A DNA stretch of 64,000 nt from Mytilus californianus (taxonomy: Eukaryota). The first letter of the stretch is position 1. Each line of letters begins with the position of its first letter. Under the pieces are notes generated by a model. That model did not search any database. It was given only the letters and a program-made list of their open reading frames with translations, and had not been told where the DNA came from. Positions 1 through 12,559 of this stretch are shown here, in pieces. A program made the translations under genes and the position numbers. The stretch covers positions 9,238,001-9,302,000 of the forward strand of contig NW_026262745.1 in the NCBI RefSeq assembly GCF_021869535.1, read 5' to 3'.

Positions 1-387
1 CTAGAGTAAAAAAACACTACTATCCAAATTAGGAGATCTAGATGTGGTATGATTGCCCCCTGAGTTAAAATGAAGTGGAAGTAAGCAATTATAGGCCACT
101 GTACCACTTCAACAATGAGAAACACCCATACTGTATAGTCAGCCTTAAAAGGCCCTGGCATGAAACTTAAACCCCTGGCTTATGTTGTCCTTCATCAAAG
201 ATGACTGCACAAACAAATATATAAAATTATGTTTACAAACAAAAGTAGATGTTGTATGATTGTCATTGAGACAACTATCAACCAGAGACTAGGGATCATG
301 GATTTAAGGCCAAAAAAAAATATATGTCTGTATCAGGTTACATCATTAAAAAATAAGGTAGGTAGGGTGGTATATCTATTTTATTTT

Positions 388-835
388 ATTTATCAAACCC
401 CTGCCGCTTTAAAAAAAAAAGTGGGGGTTTACTGTTTAACCTCTGTCTGTCCATCCATCCGACAGTCCGTCCGTCCTATGAATATTTTTTGTTGCATCTT
501 TCTCAGGAACTACATAACAAGGATATCTGAAATTTGGTTTCAGGGTTTATATGAGTCAGATATACCATGTGATGCATTTTCAGATTCATCACTCAACAAC
601 TTCCTGTTTACCGAACACTTACTTCATTTTACACATGACATCCAACTTGGAAATTTTCATCACATTTTTCTTAGGAACTACATTACAAGGATTTCTGAAA
701 CTTGGTTTCAGGGTTTATATAAGTCAGTTATACCGTGTGATGCGTTTTCAGATTTATCACTCAACAACTTTCTGTTTACAATCAAGCGTTTGAGCGGGGT
801 ATAATCAGTGAGCAGTAGCTCGCAGTTTCTCTTGT
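388..835 (+). mobile_element. HINE-like (non-autonomous Helentron/DINE-1-type) element, family A
   Basis: T-rich start, ACCCC..GCCGCT near 398 matched by AGCGGGGT near 793, GTCY-like microsatellite 441-477, two ~168-bp internal repeats, 3' hairpin GTGAGC-agta-GCTCGC. Confidence 0.65.
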
Positions 836-2200
836 TTTTTTATGCCCCCGCCATAGTGGAGGGGGCATTAAGTTTTACCCTTGTCGGTCTGTACGTATGT
901 ACGTACGTACGAACAAACGTACGTACGTACCAAAATTGGTTTCCGTTCTCTAACTTTAGTTTGCCTCAACCAAATGTTATGAAACTTATACACAATGCTT
1001 ATTACAACAAAAACAGGTCAAGTTTGAATTTTGGTGGCATCACTTTTACCGTTCTAGAGTTATGCCCCTTTACAAATGGAAAAATTGCAGAATTTTTCGT
1101 TTCCGTTCTCTAATTTTAGCTTGCCTCAACCAAATGTTATGAAACTTATACACAATGCTTATTACCACAAAACACAGATCAATTTTGAATTTTGGTGGCA
1201 TCACTTTTACCGTTCTAGAGTTATGCCCCTTTACAAATGGAAAAATTGCTGAATTTTTCGTTTCCGTTCTCTAACTTTAGTTTGCCTCAACCAAATGTTA
1301 TGAAACTTATACACAATGCTTATTACCACAAAACACAGATCAAGTTTGAATTTTGGTGGCGTCACTTTAACCGTTCTAGAGTTATGTCTCTTTATAAATG
1401 GAAAAATTGCAAAAATTTTATTTTCTTCTAAATATCAAGTAATTTTTATTAAAATTGGAGTTATCTTCCTTTGTCCATGATTATAATTGAATCAACTACA
1501 TTAAATGCTTTATACAATGCAATGTTTAATTTTGACCTCCACTGATAAAACACAGATCAAGTTGAATTTGGGTAGTGTCACTTTACCATTATTGAGTTAT
1601 GCCTCTTTATAACTCGAAAGATTGCAAAATTTTTATTTTCCATTCTGTAACTTAAGTTTGCATCAACCAAACATTATGAAACCTATACACAATACTCATT
1701 ACCACAAAACTAAGATCAAGTACAAATTTTTTGTTTCCATTTTCTAACTTTTAGTGCCTCAACCAAATGATATGAAACTTATAAACAATGCTTATTACTA
1801 CATAATACAGATTAAGTACGAAATTTGGTGGCAACACTTTTACCATTATTGAGTTGTGTCCCTTTATAAACATAAAAGTGGCTGAATTTTTCATTTCCAT
1901 TCTCTAACTTTGGTTTGTCTCAACCAAATGTTATAAAACTTATACACAACCGTTCTAGAGTTATGGGTGTTTACAAATAGAAAAATTGCTGAATTTTAAG
2001 TTTCTGTTCTCTACTTAAGTTAGCCTCAACCAAATGTTATGAGACCTACATGCACACAATGCTTATTACCACAAAACTCAGATCAAGTTCAAATTTGGGT
2101 AGCGTCACTTTTACTGTTCTTCAGTTATGTCCCTTTATAACTATATGATATGCAAGCGGGGGCATCATCTGTGTCCACATGTGGACACTATCCACATTTA
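836..2200 (+). mobile_element. HINE-like element, family B, with ~160-bp internal tandem array
   Basis: 5' palindrome ATGCCCCC...GGGGGCAT, (GTAC)n microsatellite, repeat units at 943/1103/1264 decaying onward, 3' subterminal GCGGGGGCAT (2156) and hairpin GTGTCCAC-at-GTGGACAC (2171-2188); abuts the T-rich end of family A. Confidence 0.75.
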
Positions 2201-2522
2201 TTTCTTTTTATTTTTTGGTGACATGATTTTGAGTCGTGCGGTCGGTCTTTCCATGGTCCATGATGTACATGAACCAAGTTAACCCATATTTTAAATGATT
2301 GGATTATTTCCCTTGGAAAAAAGGTACTGCCTTCAACTGCTATGATTTTGTTTATATATATTTTTTTCAACTGATGGCAAAATGTTGAAGAGTATTAAAT
2401 CAATTCTTTTACTACTATTCATGTTCCAGAGCATCTATATGTGTATTTTTTAATGTTTGTTACATCAGCAATATGAATAAACACATCATAGATAAAATTT
2501 GAGAAAAAATTATTTGTTTTAG

Positions 2523-2768
2523 GACGAATTAACCAAAGATACATGGCTAAAGGAATCAATTGATGTGAACGATGGTAAAGACAAGAAGATGAAAGCAGTT
2601 GATGTGTTTGCAGCTGTTATTGGTTATTTCCAGGGATTAATTATGAATGAATTACTAAAGGGTCATGGAGCCAAGGCTTTCTCAAATGATGACATTCACT
2701 GGGTGCTTACTGTCCCAGCTATCTGGGATTTGAAGGCAAAACAATTCATGCGAGATGCTGCTGAAAAG
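2523..2768 (+). CDS. HSPA12: HSPA12-like copy 1, internal exon (DELTKDTW...HWVLTVPAIWDLKAKQFMRDAAEK)
   Basis: AG/GT boundaries, 246 nt phase 0-0, HSP70 TVPA motif; the upstream IDFGTT exon is not in the window. Confidence 0.9.
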
Positions 2769-3949
2769 GTATGTTGATCAACCTTCTTTTCTCTTTTTTT
2801 TTACATATTTTCCCAATCTTAGCTTAACAAAAATAATAGGAAGTGTTGTGGGGGACATGGAAATACTGAGATGAGGTTGATATCAGTCCTTAGACTGCAA
2901 AAGTTTGAAAATCCGTGCTGATCAGCTATTTTTAAAAGATTCTTGCCAGATTTTTATGAAACTTCTATCAAACAAAATGAGGTGAAACCAAGGTTGACAT
3001 TGTCTTTTCGAGGGGTATCAATCTGCTCTATCTCATTCTCAGACATGTGTAATATAATTTATTATACTGAATGTTCTGTTTTTACTGTCTATTAAATTTC
3101 AATTTCAAAGTAATAAACTATGATGTCTTAGTTGTACATACTATTATAACAATCATCCATGTTTATCAAAGCGCACACTTGATGAAGTGTTTCCATGAAG
3201 GGTGCATGATAGAGTATTTGCCATGGGATACAGTAAATTGTCTCCCTCATATTAACCAATCAAAATCTGGCAAATATAATAAATAATAAATGTTTATAAC
3301 AGTAAGAATTCAGAGGTATTCCAAAAATCAGCACTGATGAAATAGCAGGAGTTATGTCCCTTTAAAATGTTAATTCTGTGAAAAAATTTCATTGTTAGCA
3401 CTCTAAAGCCTACATATCTTGGAAGATGAGTACTATGAAATTTATATTAACAGTTAACTTCATTAACAGCTTGTACAGTATGAAAATCAGTCTCAAAAAT
3501 TATTTTAGAGTAGGTATGCCCCTTTAAAATATATAATTTATGTTGACTATTGCAATTTAATCACTCATAGACCTATATTTCTTGTCAAAATTGTATGCAG
3601 AAAATTATCATAGTTTATATCAGCATGGTCTTGAATGTGTTTAAAATAAGCTGCCGTTACAGTAATGGCCCTTGAAATTAATACTTATATGAGAAAATTC
3701 AATAGTCTTTTATTATTTCTTTATTCACTTTTCTAGATTAGATTAATTGATAGCTTGACATATTTAATACATATTTATCCGTTATTGAGGACTAGTTTGT
3801 ACATCAAGTACATGGTGTGTTGACCATGACTTAAAATTTGTGACTATGTTACACAGGCCAGATAAGTCTCTGTTAACAGTTTATTATGTTTTGGGGTAAA
3901 TATCTCATTTACATATTCTCCACATTTTATATTGTTATTTTCACTGTAG

Positions 3950-4109
3950 GTAAACATTTCGAATGATCAGCTGACCTTGGCACTGGAACCTGAAGCTGCA
4001 TCTATACATTGCAGACGACAGCCGGTTGGCATACAAACACAGACAGATGGCAAAAAAGCCATTGCCGGTATGCAGAAAGGCGACAAATATGTAGTCTTTG
4101 ATCAAGGAG
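3950..4109 (+). CDS. HSPA12: HSPA12-like copy 1, exon VNISNDQLTLALEPEAAS...YVVFDQGG
   Basis: 160 nt, TAG acceptor and GT donor, EPEAA motif; missed by the ORF track because it has no start codon. Confidence 0.9.
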
Positions 4110-4356
4110 GTTAGTATTAGAATATTGATTAATGTATGCAAGAACTGTAAATTCAGAATTATTACAATGTTTATCAATGGGAAAAATGCAACAGTATCAA
4201 GTTCGCAATAATAAAAACTTGCATTCATAATAATTTCAGTAGGGATTTTCCCCCATAGAATTTTTGCAACCAAATTTTGTAACCCTGTAATTAGATTGGA
4301 CAGTTTTGCAAGTGGTCACAGATTTCAATAATGAATGCACATGTTTAAAAATGTTA

Positions 4357-4564
4357 CTGTGGATTCATCTATTTTCGTGGGTACCAATTTTCGTGAATAA
4401 AGGAAAACTTGTATGTTTGTGGATATTTAATTTCGTGGTTTTGCCGAGGTCTGCAAACAAGCCTATAGAAAATTTGTCATTCGTTGAACATTTAATTTCG
4501 TGGTTTACCTGTACCCACGAAATCCACGAAAATTGGTATCGAACGAATAATAATGAATCCACAG
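4357..4564. mobile_element. MITE with TA target-site duplication (Tc1/mariner-like)
   Basis: TIR CTGTGGATTCAT...ATGAATCCACAG, TA on both sides, internal TTTCGTGG repeats. Confidence 0.7.
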
Positions 4565-4738
4565 TAATTAAGTTGTGATCATTAAAAATTATATGCAAAT
4601 TAGGGTTTTTACCAGAATTTTGCAGTTCACTAATCAGGTTATAATTTTGATTTAATGAGGTTGCGGTCCCACCAAGTTGAGATTTTTTTCACATGTTTAG
4701 TATGTTGAGGAACTTTTGAAAAAAATTCTTATTAATTA

Positions 4739-5340
4739 GGATATAGAGTGGGTGGCGCATATTCGCCTTGGACACATTTTCGCCGTTTTGCTATTTTTTC
4801 TGTAAAATTTGTGTGCCTTTACCCAATACTTGCCTAAATAGATGGTAAAGGCTGTTTGTAATGTTACAACTGTTGATATTCCTCTTTACCCCATTTCCAA
4901 GGTTATTCGCACATATTGAGAAATACGCAAGTGTTTTTAAATGATTTTGGCAATTATGTAAGATTTATATGGCAATCATGCGCAGTCTTAAAGTAAATAT
5001 TTGTGAGAAAAATCGTATAGGAATGATCTCTCAAGCTAATTCATGTAATTGCAAACATTCGGTTTTATAGTATACCAGGATAATGAGGATTGTCATATCA
5101 TACATTGCGGCGAAAATGTGTCCCCCATGGTACACGAACAACTTGATTTCCTCTTGAGTTTGCGTTCGTTTTTAGAACAATTAACCAATGTTTTGAAAAT
5201 AATTTATCAAACATTTTTTCCATATTATATAGTTAAATTTCTGAAACCTTCATAAAAAGTTCCAAATATTTGAATGTAGGTCGGATGTAAGTGGAAATGA
5301 ACGAATTATGCGGCCAATATGGGTCTCTCACTCTATGACC
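4739..5340. mobile_element. Degenerate TIR-bounded element
   Basis: TATAGAGTGGGTGGCGCATATTCGCC at the left is an imperfect inverted match to GGCCAATATGGGTCTCTCACTCTATG at the right; no clear TSD. Confidence 0.4.
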
Positions 5341-5437
5341 ATGGTTAACTAAAAATGAAAATGTGATACTTAAATATCAGGAATAGCATCCATCAAAACA
5401 TATTCCTATTTTTCAGTTACTTTTTATTTCTTTTCAG

Positions 5438-6486
5438 GCGGAACTACAGACATTACTGTTCATGAAGTAACAGGACCAAATTCTGTTAAAGAGATTCACC
5501 AAGCATGCGGAGGACATTGGGGTGGGATCACAGTCAACGGAGAGTTTTATAAATTCTTAGTTCGATTGTTAGGTGGAGATGTGATAAACGCTGTTAAAGA
5601 GAATCACCCAGTAGAATATTATGAACTTATGCATAATTTTGAGCATGCCAAAACCAATTTTAAGGAAGACACTAACAAAGTCACTGTGAGACTTCCGCTT
5701 GTTTGGCTCACCAAATATGAAGAAATTACGGAGGATACATTAAAAGATGTTATACCCCAAACAAACTTCAACAAAAAGATCAAAATTGTATCAGACAAAC
5801 TCAGGATTGATCACTCCCTCTTCCGTACTTTCTTTGATTATTCAATTGTGAATGTTACTGATGAACTTGAAAGACTTTTCCGTAAAGAAGAACTTTCCTA
5901 TGTGCAGACATTATTGGCAGTTGGAGGATTTTCCGAATCTTCTGTTTTAATAGATGCTATTAAAGAAAAACTTGGACCGGAAATAGATGTTATTGTTCCA
6001 AGAGACCCTGGACTAGCTGTTCTGAAAGGAGCCGTATTGTATGGATTTGAACCAGAAATAATTACCTCACGTGTTTCTAGATATACATATGGTGTAGCAA
6101 TGCAAAGGAACTATATAGATGGCGTTGATGATGCATCAAAGCGTCCTAGCCATGGCAGACTTATAGATGATATTTTTGATATTCATGTGACCAAAGGACA
6201 AGTGGTAGAAATCGGGCATTTTGAACCAGAGCATACCTACTACCCTGTTGTAGACGAACAAAAATGTGTTCATTTTGAATTCTTTGCAACTGAGGTAATT
6301 GACCCAAAATACACTACCGAATCTGAGTGTAAAATGATAGGGGTATTAAGTGTTGACCTTGCAAAAAAGCTTTCTAAAGACGGAGGACTTTCATTGAGAA
6401 TTAATGCTAGTGGCACTGAAATTGTAGCAGTTGCAAACGAAAAAGCCACCAAAAATGAATACAGAGCTTATTTTAGTTTATTTTGA
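5438..6486 (+). CDS. HSPA12: HSPA12-like copy 1, terminal exon (GTTDITVHEV...NEYRAYFSLF*)
   Basis: Acceptor TTTTCAG at 5436-37; joins GGA G|GC GGA ACT to give DQGGGTTD; GGFSES and AVLKGAVLYG motifs; open to TGA 6486. Confidence 0.93.
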
Positions 6487-7529
6487 TACTGGTAAAGTTG
6501 TTTGCTTTTTTTTTATAATTCATTGGTCAGTATTGCATGTGTTAATTTTTAACCATGTACATTTTCTTCTTCCTGTTATATTTTTTTGAAGGTTACTATA
6601 AGGGGGTATGACCAATTTTGCTTAAATTTATTTCAATCAAGGACTAAAATTAGAGTTTCTGAAACCTACTAAAATGTGTATATGAATAAGGGTAGATAAT
6701 ATTCCAATCTTTTTTATAATTTTACATAAGTCTGTTAAATCGAAATGCAATAATTGTTATACCTCTCAGTCATTGCTGTTGAAGATACTTTTGATACAAT
6801 ATCACTAATTTTACATGTTATTGTAGATGATTTGCATTTAAAGACATTTTTTCCATAATGAATTACTTTTTTCTACCATGCTTTTTTGCCTTTTATCTTT
6901 TTCCCATATGAAGAGATATTTTTTGTATCACACTGATTATAGTGTGATATAGAAAATGTGTTAATTTGGTTTGCCTATCCTGCAATGCGACATTTCATTT
7001 CAATCATGAATTAAAAGGTCACAATGAACTACTTTTCCTCCATGGCAACAGATATTTAAGATTTCTTCACTGGTAAATATTATTTTTGTCAAATTTGATT
7101 CCATTCGGGAACATACTAAAACATCTGATTTAATATAAGTCTGGTTCCTGACATTATATTATCAATACTGAATGCAGACTTCAATTTGACATGATGCTTG
7201 CTAGATCGAAAAAAAAATCTTTTTACAATAAGAGAAATTCGTTTAACAACTAATGAGAATTGGATATTGCTTGATATCAACTATTGTTATTTTATTTCTA
7301 ATATTAATAATGACAAACTTGCCATAAAGACTTAATTATTGTTGTATTGAAAATAATAACTCAAGTTTATATCAAGTGATATCCAATACTCACTAATTAT
7401 GAAACATAGAGGTATCTGAAATATTTAGATTTGTTAAAAATGTCCATGTAATGTTTTTAAATAATTCCTTAAATATGCCAATCTTCCAAATTGCTGAAGC
7501 CATCTTTAGGCATTTATATTTTGGTAACA

Positions 7530-9167
7530 TTTTTATATCGTATAATGCTATGGTGTCGTCATCGTCTGCGGCGGCGTCGTCCGAAGACACATTTGGTTTC
7601 AAACTTTACCAGAAGGTTCAATACCACAAAAGGAAGGTTGGGATTGATTTTAGGGGTTATGGTACCAACAGTTTAGGAATTTAGGGGCCAAAAACAAGCA
7701 TTTTTGTAGTTTCCGGACAATAATTTGTGTGTTAGTGTATAGATCTCTCAGAAATTATACCACAAGGTTCCATATCACAAAAGGAAGGCTGGGATTGAGT
7801 TTGGGGGTAGTTACCCCAACGGCTCTGGAATAAGGGGCAAAAAGGGGCCAAAAACAAGCATTTTTCTATTTTCCAGACAGTAACTTGTGTTTAAGTGTAT
7901 GGATGGATCTCTCTAAAATTGTACTACAAGGTTTCATACCACAAAGGGAAGGCTGGGATTAATTTGGGGTTAATTACTCCAAACGGGAGGGGGTTCAAAA
8001 ATGTTGGGGGGATTTTTTTTTTTCAATTTTTTTGGGGGTTCATATTTTTATTCTTCAAAATTTTAGAAATTTCAAATGATTGCACATTATTGCGCAATAG
8101 CAAGAAATCTTCAATTGCACAGTATTGAGCAATAGCAAGAAATCTTCAATTGCACAGTATTGCGCATAAGCACAGTATTGCGCAATAGTAAGAAATCTTC
8201 AATTGCACAGTAATGCGCAATAGCACAGTACTGCACAATAGCACACTAATGAGCAATAGCAAGAAATCTTTAATTGCTATGTATTGGGTAATAGCAAGAA
8301 ATCTTCAATTGCACAGTATTGCACAATAGCAAGAAATCTTCAATTGTGCAATAGCAAGAAATCTCCAATTGCACAGTATTGCACAATAGCAAGAAATGTT
8401 CAATTGCACAATATTGCGCAATAGCATAGTATTGCGCAACAACAAATTATTGCGCAATAGCACAGTATTGCTCAATAGCACAGTATTGCACAATAGCAAG
8501 AAATCTTCAATTGCACAGTATTGCACAATAGCAAGAAATCTTAAATTGCACAGTATTGCGCAATAGCAAGAAATCTTCAATTGAAAATAAATACAGATCT
8601 TTTAACCAATTTCAATGGGATTGATTTAAAGTCTATAATTTTTGGGGGTTCTAACCTTGTATTACTTTTTTTTGGATATTGGGCCCATTTTAAAATTGGT
8701 CTACATTGAGGCCAAAAGGGTCCAAAATTAAACTTTGTTTGATTTCATCAAAAATTGAATTATTGCAGCTGTATGATATGCTGAATCTTATTGTGCATTT
8801 AGCATTTTTATTTTGGGCCCTGTTTTCAAAATATTCCATACATGTATTTAAGTTTGAAGGGTCTAAAATTAAACTTTGTTTGATTTCAACTAAAATTAAA
8901 TTTTTGGTGTTTTTTTATATGCTGAATCTAACCATGTTGTTAGATTTTGGATATCAGACCATTCTAGGTAAATTAAATGTCCCATTTCAAATTTTTAAGA
9001 TCTTTGACCACATTTATTTTGTGTCAGAAACCTATATTATGTCAAAATTTTGATCACAATCCAAATTCAGACAGTATCAAGCTTGAATATTGTGTCCAAA
9101 CTTGCCCCAAATGTTCAGGGTAAGACCTCTGCGGTCCTATCTGGCTGCGCTCAGCGAAGTATTTTAT
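7530..9167 (+). mobile_element. HINE-like element, family C, copy 1
   Basis: (GTC)n-like microsatellite, ~150-bp internal repeats, 3' TGCGGTCCTAT plus hairpin; homologous to 11000-11950 and 57012-57905; 5' subterminal repeat missing. Confidence 0.75.
8080..8585. repeat. Minisatellite of ~34-bp unit TTGCACAGTATTGCGCAATAGCAAGAAATCTTCAA with shorter subunits
   Basis: Tandem repetition read directly; explains spurious ORF 8305-8580. Confidence 0.9.
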
Positions 9168-9496
9168 TATAAATGTGTCATTGTTAGAACCTCAGAGTAA
9201 ACAGATATTTGATTTATTGGGATTTTATATGCTAATATTTTATTGTTATGACCATTTCTTTACTGAAAAGTGCCAATAATTTTTCATTGTAACAATAAAT
9301 ATTTTGATATGTTATTCAAACCATGAGAAAATATTGTTTGCAATAAATTCTTGTTTACTATTTTAAAGATTTATTTGCATTATATTTAATAAAAATCCCA
9401 GCTATTTCCATGTTTATGTTGTCATAAATGTTTTGATATATTTTGATTATGGATATATCATAATTTGACTTTTTAATTTTTCGATATACTAAGGAT

Positions 9497-9715
9497 TTGC
9501 TACCATGGCTACCCTTAGGAATAGATAACCTTAGCTGTATTTGGCAAAACCTTTCGGAATTTTGGGTCCTGAATGCTCTTCAACATGTACTTTATTTGGC
9601 CTTTTTAACTTTTTTGATGCAAGCATCACTGATGAGTCTTTTGGAGACGAAAAGTGCCTCTGGAGTACAAAATTTTAATCCTTGTATCTATGATGAGTTT
9701 ATTGACTACTTGTCT
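9497..9715 (+). mobile_element. Retrozyme/Penelope-LTR-like repeat, copy 1
   Basis: Colinear with the reverse complement of ~63610-63800; contains a hammerhead core. Confidence 0.65.
9623..9667 (+). ncRNA. Degenerate type I hammerhead ribozyme motif
   Basis: GCATCA-CTGATGA-GTCT(TTTGG)AGAC-GAAA-AGTGCCTC-TGGAGT; stem II intact, stem III and cleavage triplet mutated. Confidence 0.6.
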
Positions 9716-10999
9716 TTTGTTACCATTCTTGACTTCTTTAGATAAGATTTGTTATGTTGTTTAAAATGGCCAATGTATTTATTTGAATAAATTAAGGGAT
9801 CTATCTTTTTGGCAAAAACTTACTGTGTTTACACCATGAACATTATTTTGAGTACAGACTTTTGTAAATGAAACATTTCAAGGTCTTGCAGCACCTAGAT
9901 ATATTAATTAATAATAATATATAAAAGTTTAATACATTTTGTATTTGTAGATTATTTGAAAGTCACATCAACAATTACATAAGAACGAGCTGAATGTGTG
10001 TACATTCTGTAGCCTGCAGTCAATATATACATTTAAGTTGTCTGTTAATACTCATTGTCCTTAATCATTAAAAGTTGTGATTTGGGGACACTTCCCTCTA
10101 GGGAAAATAACCTCAGATGGGTTGATCATTCTGGAAATCTACCAGCTATAGATGTGTTGTAGTTACTTATAAAAAAAAATTTGGCTGCTGTTGTGTTTTG
10201 CTGAAATCCTGAAGGATCTATGAGCAACTTTTGTGTACATATCCTTCATTTAAGATGGTATATGGATCTTCCACCATCCTTGTTGTAAAAAAGCAGGACA
10301 CAATAAGTCTAGATTTTCGATGCAGGAACGGATTTAATTATAAGAATTTTCTTTTGAATGAACAAATCTATGTGATTTTAAGTTATTATAAATCATGTTT
10401 CTTAATTGAAATCCTAATGTATACGATGTCTGCTATGAAATGTGCCTTCGTGTACTTGATGTACTGTGCACGTGACTTCCATCATTATGGAACAATATAA
10501 TGCAAGAACAAAATAACATAAGTAAATGTAAAGAATAGAAAATGATACAATACATACACATATACAATAAAACAAACAAGTAGTAAATATACATAAGATT
10601 ATCATTCATAGTGATCATCTTTATGAACAATTCATTTCGTTGCGGCTTGACGAAGACATTTAAAACATTTAATTTTAAATAAACATAAAGATGTAATTTT
10701 ATTCCACTTTTAAAAAGAAAGAAGAAGGAAAAGATTATAAATTTATGCTGAGGTTTATTAAATTAATATGTAATACATGGGACTGTAATTTCTGTAAACA
10801 ACCTAATAAAAATGTGCCCAATGTTATCAAGTGCTTTATCTGTTGATAAAATGTAATCTCCTTCAACACATAAAGTGGGCATCTCTAGTACAAAGTAGAA
10901 AAGAAGCAAGATTAACCATGATCTACAACATATAGGGGAAAAAATCAGTGTCCTGTTGGATCCAACTTGGTGCCCCTCTGCTTGCCGTCTTGTCCTTTA

Positions 11000-11950
11000 T
11001 TTTTATACGACCACACAAAATTTTTTGGTATCGTATAATGATATGATGTCGTCGTTGTCTGCGTCTGCGTCCAAAGACACATTGGTTTCCGGACAATAAC
11101 TTTAGTTTAAGTGAATGGATCTCTATTTAATTTTTAAAGAAGGTTCAATACCACAAATGGAAGGTCAGAATTGATTTGGGGGATGATGGTCCCAACCGTT
11201 TAGGAATTAGGGGCCCAAAACAAGCATTTTTCTAGTTTCAGGATAATTACTTGTGAATAAGTATTTCGATTGCTCTGAAATTGTACCACAATGTTTAATA
11301 CCACAAGTAGAAGGTTGGGATTTATTTTAGGGGTTCTGGGGGCCAACAGTTTAGGAATTAAGGGTTAAAAAGGGGCCAAAAACAAGCATTTTTCTAGTTT
11401 CCAGACAATAAGTTGTGTGTAAGTGTATGGATCTCTCTGAAATTGTACTACAAGGTTCCATATAACAAAGGGAAGGATGGGATTGAGTTTGGGGTTAATT
11501 GCCCCAAATATGTAGGAATTAGGGTCCAAAAAAGGGCCAAAAACAAGCATTTTTCTAGTTTCCAGACAATAACTTGTGTGTAAGTGTATGGATCTCTCTG
11601 AAATTGCACTACAAGGTTCCATACTACAAAGGAAATGCTGGGATTGAGTTTTGGGGTTATTGCTCCAAGGGGGGTTTTAAAAAGTTGGGGGGGGGGGGGG
11701 GGTGATTTTTTCCCAATTTTTTTAAGGGAAAAGTTTCAAGAAGAAATCTTCAATTGCACAGTATTGCGCAATGGATTTATAAGATCTTTGACCACATTTA
11801 TTTTGTGTCAGAAACCTATATTATGTCAAAAATTTGATCACAATCCAAATCCAGACAGTATCAAGCTTGAATATTGTGTCCAAATTTGCCCCAAATGTTC
11901 AGGGTTCGACCTCTGCGGTCGTATCAGGCTGCACTCAGCGAAGCATTTTA
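11000..11950 (+). mobile_element. HINE-like element, family C, copy 2
   Basis: 5' ATACGACCAC matched by 3' TGCGGTCGTAT (~11915), GTC microsatellite, ~150-bp tandem units, 3' hairpin, T-rich flanks. Confidence 0.8.
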
Positions 11951-11994
11951 TTATGAGGCTGACTTCATTCAGAAGTTTCCCAAGAAAAAATTAA

Positions 11995-12135
11995 AAATAA
12001 CTTTTCGCTTTATATATTAAGATGATGACCATTGTCCTTTCACAGAAAAATTCTAAATTGAATGACTACGTTGACTGCATCTATCCCAATGAACTTAAAA
12101 TACAGCATGCCACAGTTAAGTCGGTTTCTTTTCTT
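11995..12135 (+). mobile_element. Short decayed Penelope-like RT fragment
   Basis: Peptide NSKLNDYVDCIYPNELKIQHATVKSVSFLDI resembles the PLE RT segment after the YxDD motif. Confidence 0.5.
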
Positions 12136-12559
12136 GACATAAAGTGTGAACTTTCCAATTTCGGTTTAGATACATTCACGCAGCTCCAGAATTCATCCCC
12201 GGTTTTTGGTTGAATTCGTTGTGCTCTGTCTTTATTGTTCCGGCTGTGTCATACTTTGTTATTATTGTTTGTCCTTTCAGCGGTTTTATTTTTGGACATG
12301 ATATTGTTTTTATATTGTACATGATTTTTAAATACCACCTTGGTTATCTCTTTTTTTACAGGAGATGCTGAAATGAACACATTAAAATACATTTTTAATA
12401 CAAACTGGAAATCAAAATTGCAATATTTTATAACGTGAACTGCTGTATGAGATATTCGAATAATAAAAATCATAAAATGGTACAGTTTACATTCCATCTG
12501 CTGAAGGAAACGGTTTTCGACACTTCTTAAAGTTGGTTTTACTCTACTATTCTGAATTA

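Noticed and set aside
229-804. 191-aa ORF
   Set aside because: Reads through a HINE-like element and its internal repeat; no protein motif.
3941-4273. 110-aa minus-strand ORF
   Set aside because: Antisense shadow of the real + strand EPEAAS exon and adjacent intron.
8305-8580. Cys-rich minus-strand ORF
   Set aside because: Translation of the 34-bp minisatellite.
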